A DNA stretch of 64,000 nucleotides, from the NCBI GenBank assembly GCA_965287045.1, contig OZ336875.1, positions 30,442,001 to 30,506,000 of the forward strand, written 5' to 3'. A model generated the notes under the pieces. It was not told the origin of the DNA, ran no database searches, and worked only from the letters and a program-made list of their open reading frames with translations. Shown here piece after piece: positions 1 through 11,390 of this stretch. The DNA is from Carcharhinus amblyrhynchos (Eukaryota). The stretch's first letter is position 1, and the number at the start of each line of letters is the position of its first letter. Position numbers and translations under genes: made by a program.

Positions 1-3000
1 GAAAAGAGATTAGCTCTTTCTGACTCCTAGGTCTGGGGTGTTTCCCAAAATATTGAGTCAAAACTTTCGCCAGAAATAAAAAAAAGAGAACTCGCGCGTG
101 TTGAGCGGAGATAAGCAGCGTGTTTAACCACACCACATCTGTTTATTGTAAGGTTTTAGAAGTGATCTGTAATATAACATCTCTCCCATTTGTATAACAT
201 AACGCACACGCCGCTTTCAGAATTTAAGCTAATGTGTTTAAGAATTGCCTTCTTCGAGTCATTTTGCATAATAATCAAAACGCCTATAGTGATAGAGCTA
301 TATCTTTCTGTACATAGCGTAAATGAATGTTTTTCTCTTTGTGAAATGCGCTTATGATTCATAAATGGAAGTTATTAGATGAACATGGCGTTGAAATTAG
401 CCTAGTAAATTGTTAAACACATTGAACATGTTAGTAATTTCATCAGATATAAAAAATACATATATAAACACACACATATATATGTATCTACATGTGTCTG
501 CTGAAATGATTGAAAATTTATTCCGAATAAGTAACCCCTTGCATTATAAACCCCACAGAAAATATTTACATGGCGCATTTACTAAACAATCCTCCTGTTA
601 AAAACATCTTTAAAAAACACATTTAGTCATGATTGTTTTCACATGATTTCTTTGTTTAGCAATCAATTAAGAGAATTGATTTTATGAACCGTTTCCCTAA
701 ATTGTTGAGGCATACTTAATAACCATTCTTCGTTGTGCATAATGCAAGTAAGTCTGTAAGGCTGTTTGTAAAACAATACCCTCGCTAGTCCCAGTGTTAG
801 GGAAAAGTTGATCTGGTAATGGTATTTTGTTTTGAACAGCTGTCTGACTTGTTGCTTGCTGTTAAAGTAACTTCCCTCATAAGGTATGGTGGCACTGAAG
901 CTGAAAGGAGGTCCAAATGGCACATTTATAATTAGATTGCAAATTCAGCAGATTGTACCCATACTACAAGGCTAAACTGCAATGTCTAGGATCTCAATAG
1001 AGGCGTCTTAAAAAGAGACTCCACTCAGTCTTAGGTTATTCTCTTTTCACATTCTTCAACATCTACGGTCAAACGCTGTGAACAGCAAGGACAGTTGATT
1101 AAGACAGTATATATTTCATATAATAAACACCTACGGAGGAGCTACGGAGACTAAAGTTTGTAGCAGGAGTGTGATATTTAAGTTGTTGACTGACATAGAT
1201 TATGTCACTATGATATGGCGTTGGTTTAGTTTATGGTATTGTAATGGAGATTGCAACTTTGAATTGCAGGATCATATATTTAGAATCTACACATGCTTTG
1301 CCAAAGAAGAATGAATTTCTTCTCAATATACCATACTTCTTCTGGTGAAGTTCTATTAATTTTATTTTACAATTTGAAGTTTTATTGTGTGACAGAAGGA
1401 ATACCTGCTGGGTATTAGAATAACTAATAAAAGGAAGTGCCAGCAAAGTTAGACATTAATAGCAAAGGAACAGCTACAAAACTAAAATACACAGTGAACA
1501 ATTTAGAAATGATTTTAATTCTCCCAATGGACGCTTGAGTTGTATTGATTACTGCCTGACTACCGTCCTGTTCAATCAAGGTCTTTTTTCAGGTAATAAC
1601 CTGGGTTTCGCATATCATTCTAACCGGGGTTCCTACAGATTTTGTTACTTGAACTGTGATCATTTGCAACTCAAGCTGGATTTCAAAATCTCTTACATAG
1701 CGACCCTGGGCCAAACAGCGGAGTATAAATATTGTTTAAAAGAAAAGGAAACACAGTGCACCCATTTTGAATGAGGTGAACTGCAACAACATCATTACTG
1801 TTTTGTCCCAGGAACGTGTCTAATTTAAAGCACAAATTGAACTTAATGAGAATATGAATCAAAGGCAAAATTGGAGAGAGAGAGAGAGAGAGGGACCATC
1901 AGCAAGGCGCAGTTTAATATCTTCGTCGTATTTTACATGAAATGTTGAATAATTTAAAGGTGATGGGAATTAAAAGGACAGTAACCTTTTGAAGTTGGAA
2001 AGTTAGAAGAAAGCTGCTGAAGATATTCATTATTAACTAGCAGGACACAAACCAAAGTCCCCTTTGTTTTTTGATTTCTGTAAATATGTCGACCTAATCA
2101 TTTGCTAATGTCTATAGCTTCTGGATCAGGGCAGAGACGGTGCATTAATTGGGTTATAAAGGCGCATTTAGTTAAAAAGAACTGCGATTCACAAATGAGC
2201 ATACCGCTCCAACTATTTGTTTGATTATTTATTACGATTGAAGGTGAGTACTTTCACTAACAGCCACACGGCGAGAGCTGGATTTGGTTAAAATGTTTCA
2301 ATAACATTTTCAAATAATTAATGTCAATTGACTGGGCCTAGTAAACTTATAAATTAAAATAAGCAAATTATACTTAATTTTATAGAGGGCAGATGCGGGT
2401 GAGGGCAACTTATTCAAAATTTAAGAAAGCTTCGCCCAGGTGTGACTCTAAAATTCAATGTCACCACTGAGCTGAACAGATCATGTCCCCCTTCATGTCC
2501 ACCGGCATTCCTAGGGTTAATTGCTTTTCTGCACCGCTAGAAAATAAAGCCGGGACCCGGCATAATCCAAGCCATTGTGGGTTCATTTTACTCCAGTTAA
2601 TTCAGGTCAGACGGGTAGCTCTGCGAGTTGCTCTTTGCGGTGTTTACTTTTCAAATATTTTCATAGTTTGAAATATTTCACCCAAGCTGTACAATCGGGG
2701 TCCACAGTTCTCCTCCGGCACCTCCTCCCAAATTCCACCCATAGCCTGAATGGACACCACCACCACCACCCTCACGCCTCCCCACCCCCCACCCCCCCGC
2801 CAATTTGGAAAATATCCGAGCCTACTCATATCACAGGCTACTTTAAGAATCACAGGTATTGCGCAGCTAGTTAATAATCCCCTTTGACGGGAATAGGTGG
2901 GCCCCACCTCTGTGCATCCTGAACTATCTGCATCTGCTCGTTCCCAGACTCACTCCTCTCCCTTGCGTTATAACTGGACAGGGGTGAGGGTAACAGGCAC

Positions 3001-4300
3001 GGCGACTTTTGTAATCTCATCAGTTAAGGGATGGGAGGGAGAACGAGGGAAAAGATAAAAGGGAGAAGAAAAAGGAGTTGAAACAAAAAGGATAAAGGGA
3101 GTAGTCAGCATCTTGATGGACATCAAAAAACAGGGGGGAAAAGACAACCCGAGGACACGAAAATAATAATAAAAAAGATTAATTTAATTAAAATAGAAAA
3201 TAGATAAAATCATTAAATGTACCACGGAGAAAGAAGATGATTCCCTTTCTGGGAAATGTTGTTCAATTGTAATGGAAATATGTTCAGATCAAAGGGGAAT
3301 TGACAGCAAGAGTGGGTTGTGGGGCTGGGGGAGGTTAGGGCTGGGGGTGGCTGACAGTAGCTCACACTTCCTATCACAGCGGCTACAAGTCAAAGCAGCG
3401 GAGAGAGTGGGTCTGAAAGGAGAGTGTGGTGCCGGGGCTGCTCAATTTCAAACCTCGTGCCGTTCACTGCAATTTAGCCTCGCTTCGTCTGAGACCCAAA
3501 CACAAAGCTGGGCCAACTCAAGTTCCATCACTGTACATGCAAAAATACTGTTGGAATACAAAGTTGCATTTGCCCCCCGCCCCCTTAGAAAAAATACACG
3601 AATACACTATTATTTGAAACCCTTTTTTCAAAAAAAAAGAACACAAAATAAGCATTCTTATCTAATGCTTGTGCGATCTTAAGGGAGAGTTGGTGAATCT
3701 TCGGCGATTTCCCACTCCTTCTGGACTTGCCGAATGCTCAGGAGAAGGGTGTGATTTTTGTTGTGCCAAGATTCAGTTTTACTCCACGCCACCGATCCGT
3801 TCATTCTGCGAAGCATCAGAAGCTGCAAGTCTGGGAGTAGTAGCAGGCAGCAGAGCTGTTGAAAACACTCCCCTGTGTGTGTTAGGGAAATAGTCAAGGC
3901 GACTCTCCCCTGTTACCTTCTCCAGAACCAGGTCATAAGTTTGGAAAAGTGCACCTAGACCGAATTCAAACCGACCCCGTCAAAGGTGCAAATATTTTAG
4001 GAGTTGATAACAAATAATTTGATTCCCTTTTGCCAGAAGATTCGGCTAAAAGCATACACATTTTGTCACTCGTGTTTAAAGACATATAAAAGTTCATAAT
4101 ACAATATTAATATTGTATTTTAGGAACAGCACCAGTTACTTGCCTTTTTTTTGTAAAGATTTTTTCTCTTAATGTGAAAACGCTCTGACGCCTAACGATA
4201 CGATCAAACCTACAAGACTTATTGCTAGACTGTAATCAAAAGCAATCATCAGTTATATGTAACTCAAGTTGCTTCTATTCTACTTAATGGTTTGACATTT
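1..4300. promoter_or_regulatory. Repeat-free, CpG-retaining promoter/5'-regulatory-like region
   Basis: No recognisable TE in the first ~5 kb. CpGs are visibly more frequent than elsewhere (e.g. ctcgcgcgtg at 91). C-runs at 2769-2798, G-runs at 3314-3347, TCF-like ATCAAAGG near 1858 and 3288. The gene is not identified. Confidence 0.45.
1874..1893. repeat. (GA)n microsatellite
   Basis: About 10 GA units seen directly. Confidence 0.9.
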
Positions 4301-5563
4301 TTGTTAAACAGTTGAAATACAGTTAGAGCAACCTTGACTTCATTAGCATGTGGAAGTAATTATTTGCTGACAAATCATATTTCTTATTAAACATGCAATG
4401 CTCAAGTTTGTAACAGAAGACTAATCATAAGCAAAAACATTAGGTGCACAAACGGAATAATGTTTAATTATTTGCACTCTAGGGAGAGAGTGCCCATTTC
4501 TGAAGATGATTTTCTATATGTGTGTGTATTCTTGACATGATGCAAATATGCTTCCATAATCCTCAGAGAGTTCAATAGTAATTAACAGACAGATCCCAAG
4601 GCTGCACCTTGTGCACACAGTCATACAGCTGCACTTAAAAAAAAACCTGCCGTGTTTAGGTAGCATTTAACACTTATGCCTTATTTAATCTGTAATCCAA
4701 TAGAATATATTGAGTTCATCGAGGGGCACGATATATATCACCCAGCTATTGACTACATTTGAGGGCTCTCACTGCCAACTATTGAGGCAGTGGTTGCAGA
4801 ATGATTCGGAGTGTGTTGTATTATACCTTGATTTGCAGGCTGGTGGGTGGGTATTATTGCACACCTGAGGTCAATTCCATAACATAGGGGCCAAAGATAC
4901 AGCTTAAAGACAGAAAGTTGTGGTCACTATTAACTGGACTGAATGTTTGTTTTGAGTTGGGGATTTTTTAAACTGGTAAAGACTCCAACCAGTGATTTAT
5001 AGCAATGAGTAGCCTCTGGTTTCTTTTTGCTCATAGAATTCATCCCCTGCCAAATATTATCTGTTGATGTTAAGAGACAGTGGTGAAAACCATTTTTTTC
5101 CTGACAGGGAATAAGTCTTTCGCTGTCCTGATTAGCTTTTTGATCCGAGAATCTAGCAGAATGAAATATAGTGATCATTGCTGTCACTGGGATTTTAGCA
5201 GAGCATAATGATAGTTGCAGAGGATTTTCCACAGGATTTTCATTTGAATTGCGAAATCCTCGGTGGTACTATAATTATAAATTTTGCTCTTCTAACCAGG
5301 TTACATTTGGAAAGAAATGGATGGGGCTCTTTAACTCCGGGGTACAACACTAATGGATATAGGTCAGTTCTTGGAGATTGGAGTAATTTCAGGTGATCAG
5401 CTAAGTATATCAGACAAAAAGCATATTGGTGCAACATTGGATTATTTTGGTTCAAACCTGATTTTTCTATTTGCATATTGGTATCAAGTAAGCAGGTGAC
5501 AACACAAGTGATCTTATAAACCAAATGCATTTCATGCCTTACAAATTCCTGGTCATTGGAAAA

Positions 5564-6217
5564 ATATTTCTAAGGAAGTCTAGTGCAATATGACATCCAA
5601 GGATGGTGAATGTATCTTGCAGATGGCTACGTCTGATAACTCATTAAGTAACAGTGAGTTATGGTGACTGCCATGAGTGTGACACAGATTGCACCCAAGA
5701 GCACATTCTCATGTTCTGGTTCGAGTAGATGGCAGTTGAGTGACAACTCCCCTCCATTTCCATAGATAACTCAAGAAGAAGTTTGTTTTTTTAGATACCA
5801 GTCAACTCAATTATCTCACTAAATACGTGAATGATGGTAGGCAGTTTGATCATGAAGAGTATCGCTGAATCTGATCTTCTTTTCATTCAGTGTCCAGATG
5901 TTCATTGTCCAGTAGGGGTCACGGGGTAGGTACCAGCAGTGATAACTCTCGAGTTATCTATGGAAGTGGAGGGGAGTTGTCACTCAACTGCCATCTACTA
6001 GAACCAGAACATGAGAATGTGCTCTTGGGTGCAATCTGTGTCACACTCACGGCAGTCAAAGAACAAACAAAAACAGTCTGGGAAACAGGCCCTTCGGCCC
6101 AACGAGTCACCATAACTCACTCATGACTGTTACTTAATGAGTTAGCAGATGTAGCCATCTGCAAGATACATTCACCATCCTTGGATGTCATATTGCACTA
6201 GACTTCCTTAGAAATAT
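5564..6217. repeat. Long inverted repeat, arms 5564-5772 and 5951-6217
   Basis: Manual reverse-complement alignment: ~209 bp with 5 substitutions, one 7-bp insertion and one 51-bp insertion in the right arm. Confidence 0.95.
6058..6108 (-). mobile_element. Extreme 3' end of a CR1-type LINE or HE1-type SINE
   Basis: Reverse complement gactcgttgggccgaagggcctgtttcccagactgtttttgtttgttcttt matches the CR1/HE1 3' stem-loop and tail; agtc is duplicated at both ends. Confidence 0.75.
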
Positions 6218-6460
6218 AACTCACTAAGATCAAGCCCAAGAGCAAGCGTAATGTAATTTCTTGTCAGCTTGGATCTTATTTGTCTCTCTTGTGTGGACCA
6301 TGAATTAGATTCAATGTGAATTTGGTTTATGGAGCAAGCAAAGAGATGGACTCGGATCTGCCTGGTCCACTCAGTCCAAAGCAGTGGGTCTGTAACTTTA
6401 AAAATGGAGTAAGAATTTTTAAAACTTAAATTAAGAATTTTAAATTAAGTGAGAAATGAG

Positions 6461-8618
6461 AGCATATGAAGGATCTGATGGGGAACACCCCAAACTATGC
6501 CTTAGTGCTTGCTTGAACATTCTGGCGATGAGGCATTCTGCCAAATGATTTTGTCAGTAGGGAACCATCCATCAGGATCTACTGTAACCTTTTCCCATGG
6601 AGCCTGATGGGCTTGTGGTCAAAGTCAACACAAACTTCTCCATGAGGGACATATGGTTTGGCAATGTTCAACCGCCTGGAGTGTTCCATGGCAACATGGC
6701 CAGACCCATCCTTCACAACACTGGGGACGGGTAGAAACTCAGCATGTGTGTGACATTTGATGGTTGTCTATTGAGGGCCTACACACAGCTTGATGCAGCT
6801 GCATACAAAAATGGCCAACAGGATAAAGATGGATACATTTCTTCCTCCTCTATCCAGAGCTTTATACATGGTGACCTTGCAGACACAATACATCATGAAC
6901 CTTCAGATAAAGTAGAAGGTGGTTTGGGCAGCTACTATGACCCAGGATCAGGATACAGGCCACACCTGCACCATGTACAGCAACACTGAGAGCAACTCAA
7001 GCCTGATGACCAGGTTCCTATCCACAACGGAGAGGGAGCGTCACCCCAACATGCCCAGTTTTTGCCTTACCTTGGCTATATGTTCCTCCCAGTTTTGGTG
7101 CATGTCCTATCCTCTCCAAATCTTATTCTCAGATCATTTAGGCAGTCTGGTCTGACAGTGTAGGGAACAAAGGATTGGTCAGTCCAGTTTCCAAAGTACA
7201 TGGCTTTGTTCTTGCCACAATTTTCCTTGGCTCCCGAGGCCAATTTGAACTGCTTACATATACGCATCAGTCTACACACCAACAGCAGATCTGAACAGAA
7301 GACTGCATGCACAGAGAAGCTTTCACCTGCATGCCTACACTGCTGGGAGATGAGGAGAGTCATTCTATCCCTCCTCGACTGATCAAAAGACTGAAAAGAA
7401 AATTGGGAAATATTTGGACAGCAAAAGAATGTTTTGCTTCTGAGCAACACAATCTCAATGCTGGACCTCTATATAACTATGGTTTACTGCAGGTCCCCCA
7501 GAAATACTTCAATTTGCCATGAGGGAACCATCATTCTTCTTATGTCTGAATCCTTCCTGATGGACCTGGATAAAGGTGCTGTGCAGCACATAAACAGGAC
7601 GGAGGGAGATGGCAGCCCTGTTCAAATTTCAAATTCAATTGGAAAGCTTTCTGATTCCTACCCATTTCTTCTAACTGCACCATTGATATTTCTGTAGAGC
7701 AGTTGGATCCAAATGTGGAGTTTTTCCCCAAAGCCCATTCTGGAGAGCACACCCAGCAAGTAAGTGTGTGATATTCTATATCAGGGACACTTTCCCCTGG
7801 TCCAGGCTGATGAGGCCAGTGCCCACCCCCCACCCACACAAAGGCAATTGTGTCCCTGAGAAGCGAGTGCAAGGCTATCAGAGATCTTCCTGCGGGTACA
7901 GAACAGGCTGCATTAGGGTGGATTACTAACCCCAGAGCAGATGGACATTGCCTGATTGGACAGAATTTTGTAGCCCACTTTCGGCAATGAAATGGTGCGC
8001 TGATTTCTAATTTCCTCCCTTACCCCCTTATGTTTGTAGAAGAGGGTAATGATGCCTTTCCTCATGGATTCTGACCTGCTACTGGCTTGATGCAGACGCT
8101 CATACACTTCCAGTAGGTCTGGGTCAATCCAGTCCAAAGAGTCAAACAGAGCTCAGCCGGTAAGCTGTCGTTTCTGGGAGTTTTACTTGATGGCCTTTGG
8201 CAACTCAACTAGAATTAAAGCTTTGTCAAGGCTCTCCTCCTCACTGTCATCTAAGACTTGTACAATAGAAGACAGGTACAGCTGGGAGATCATGCCGCCT
8301 ATGGGCTTTACAAACAATTTGGCATAAAAGGATTTGCTGATCCTCAATATGTCAGACTGTAATGACTTTACCAAGTTGTCTTCCTCCTTCAAGCTGCTGA
8401 TCACAGCTACCTCTTTGTGTACCTTTTGGAAGAAGAAATGTGAACGCATCTCATCTGGCTCCATGTAATGGACTCTGGACCAGAAGGTGACCCTGGAGAT
8501 CTCTGAGGCAAAGAGTGAGGCTTGCTGGCTCCTCGCTTCATGGAGGTCCTTCTTGACAGCAAATTCCATTAACCGCAGCAGGAGCAGATTTTGCTGAAAT
8601 TGGGACATTTCCCCCTGA
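6461..8618 (-). mobile_element. Tx1/L1-clade LINE ORF2 remnant (inverted 5' segment)
   Basis: Degraded frames FFFQKVHKE..SSLKEED..DILRISKSFY, SMRKGIITLFYKHKGVREEIRN..ISL..VGYKILS, LLRDTIAFV and IIWQNASSPE are typical of Tx1 reverse transcriptase ORF2; many stops and frameshifts. Confidence 0.9.
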
Positions 8619-9185
8619 AGTCTCTGCACCACGGCACGCTGCACTCAGTACGGCTGTGGTGGGCAAAAGACTGTCCTGTACCTCCTTCTGGAATGTGGTT
8701 TTGCAAAGAAGGTCTGGATAGAGATGCAGTGGTTTTTGCCGAGGTTCATCCGAATACCATTTCATGGTGCAGGACTCTGGGCTGTTCTCAGGGACACACA
8801 ATGAAAGAAATATGAAGTGTTGCTGGAGGATAATCAACTTAGAGTAAGAGACTCTTTGGTCTGTCCGAAACTTGTTGGTCTTCCAGTATAAGGAGTTGTC
8901 CACAGTTGTGTTTTGCAGACTGTCAAATTCCAAGATCTTGGACCACATGCTACGAAATACACTAAAGATAGGAGCAGCCATTACAGAGGCACAATTGGGA
9001 AAAGCAACTGTCTGAAGCTTTTCAGTCATGAGGAACTGGAAACTGTGAAAAGTTCCTCAGGCTGTATCTGACATTGAATGTATATTGGAAATCTCACACG
9101 TATCACAGTTATATTGAAGCACCTCCAAGTGCACATGCCCTATGCAGAATACTATTGCACTTTTCATAATGACATTTTTGAAATG
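8619..9185 (+). mobile_element. Tx1/L1-clade LINE ORF2 C-terminus and 3' UTR (direct segment)
   Basis: + strand translation SLCTTARCTQYGCGGQKTVLYLLLECGFAKKVW (Cys-rich zf-RVT-like) ... LWSVRNLLVFQYKELST...LGKATV* with stop at 9013-9015. Confidence 0.85.
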
Positions 9186-9699
9186 TTTCAGAATGTCCTA
9201 TTAGAAAGGAAAATTGAGGGATGAGAGTTTTCTTTCCCCCTTTCCCCCTCCCTACCGCAGGCCACATTGGTAATTGTAGAATTCTCTGACTGCTCCAGCT
9301 AAGGATCAGAATAGTCAGGCCTGCAACTGAACTTTGGATACCAGTCCAATGCAGCTGTAAATAGTCCATTTACCCAGAGGCATTAGGAAACTGGAAATTA
9401 CTTTTTAATAAACTTGCAATAATGATGTCAACATTATTAATCATTCAGTGCGAACATCATCATGCATTAATGCCACGAAGAGATTGATGGCTAAAAACTC
9501 TCAGATTGATTGAAAATATTATTATACATAACAGTCTATGCAAGTTGTGAAAATAACAGATATGTAGGAATGATCTGAAAGTAGCAGAATGGGTTCTAAA
9601 TATGGTTATAAGCTGCAATGCAGATTACAACATTGCTTGAGTCCTGTTGGACGCCTTGCAGTTGGTCAGAGTAACTTTGCTAATAAGCTACCTTGTGCC

Positions 9700-9895
9700 T
9701 GCACATTGTAACTCTCCTCTTAACTCTCTGAATCCTCCCACCTCCCTTGCTATATCTCTCCCACTGCCATAAAAAAAGTCTCTTTAACCACACCATTAAT
9801 CAGCTCCTCTAACGTTTCTCTCAACCTCTATTTACTTCTGAATTTCCCCCCCTTGTGAAACACTTTGGAATATTCTTCTCCATTAATAGTGCAGC
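9700..9895 (+). mobile_element. Old L2 LINE 3' end fragment
   Basis: Pyrimidine-rich segment ending in tgtgaaacactttggaatatt, resembling the L2 3' tail; highly diverged. Confidence 0.45.
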
Positions 9896-10789
9896 ACTGG
9901 GGCAAATTATAGTTACAAAGGTCGCATACACGTGAGAAATAATTGGCACCCCATTTTCCAATCTATACAGAATGAAATTATTGGATGTCTGTCAAATTTT
10001 AATTAACCAATGAACTTAATGTAACCATCTCCACAGCAGTATAAATGCCTTAACATATGCCAATGTGTTCGAAAGGAATTCCCATTGATCTCCAACAGAT
10101 TGACTGGGCCTTGTAGGTAATAATCACATAAAAAGTTGTTATGACATGGCTGATAAGATTTGGTTAAGGCCTTGCCCCTGTCATGCAAGTTAGCATGTAA
10201 TAAGTGCCCTGCTAATGGGCTACTTATCATTACTTAAACATGTGTGCTAAAGGGACTGCCTGAGTGATCCCACCCATACAATGTCACATCTTGTGCATCC
10301 ACATAAATACTTGACACCTTAACATTAGAATGCATTGAACTATATCATTAAAATGAATTGGATACTGCTCTATTCTGTAAAACCGGATACCTGGACCAGT
10401 ATTAACATAAAATCAGTGCCATTTAAAAATTCTGTCACCTGTAATGATAGAAGTAATATTTATGATTAATGCCATTGTACTGACAGGATCCCATGACTTC
10501 TTGTGGGATACAAAAGTACTTCAACACACATTCAGGCTTTATGCAGTCAAGACCCTAGGTTGCTATAATATTTTGTCCCGTCAACAGCTTTAGGTTATTC
10601 TTTCAAAGAGAAATAACCTCTCTGGTTGTTGGGTCAGTTAAGTGATGTTTGCCGTCAAGTTCCTGGCTTCAGCTGTGCAGAGAGCAAAAAATATTGCGCA
10701 TAAGTGAACATTGGTTTGCACTTCTCCTAAAGACTTAATACCTCTGACCAAACTGTCTGGAAAATTGTAAAGTATTGAAATATAACTAT

Positions 10790-11082
10790 ACACCAGAAAC
10801 TTATGCTGTTAGAGGTTAGTGTGTGAACCTTTTGTATATTTATATGAAAATCACAGATGAGTTCTCTCTGGTTTCCTGGTCAATACTTAACCTCCAACTA
10901 ATTAGGAAAGTAGAGGTTATCTCATTGCTGTCTGTGGGACCTTGCTGTGCGCAAATTGGCTACTGTGATTTCTTCAGTAATGCCTACCTTTCAAAAACAT
11001 ACTAAATCATCTGCAAAGCACTTTGGGATGTGCTGAGGTCTTGAAAAGCACTTTTTAAGAAAACGGAAATTTATTTTTCTTT
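10790..11082 (+). mobile_element. Deu-domain SINE (SacSINE1/AmnSINE1-like)
   Basis: gggaccttgctgtgcgcaaattggct...aaagcactttgggatgtgctgaggtcttgaaaagcac matches the DeuSINE 3' region as recalled. Confidence 0.75.
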
Positions 11083-11173
11083 CTAATTTTATTCATTTCA
11101 GTGTCAGTAGGGCAGAGTCTCCAACTGACTTTTCTTTAATGTTAAAATATTATGGGTTTTTGGGTGCAGGCTT

Positions 11174-11390
11174 GGTTTGATTTGGTTTACTTTTGTCTCA
11201 TGTGTTAGGATACAGTGAAAGGTATTGTTTCTTGCGTGCTATACAGACAAAGCATACTGTTCATAGAGAACATAGGGGAAAAGGAAAGAAGGTGCAAAAT
11301 ATAGTGTTGCAGTTACAGATAGGGTGAAGAGAAAGATCAGCTTACTGTATGATCGATCCATTCAAAAGTTTGCTGGCAGCAGGGAAGAAT
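11174..11390 (-). mobile_element. Rex1/Babar LINE 3' end
   Basis: Reverse complement aligns by eye with the 3' end of the copy at 58670-59154. Confidence 0.8.

Noticed and set aside
1580-1600. ttttttcag|gtaata as a recursive site
   Set aside because: Short pyrimidine tract and weak donor.
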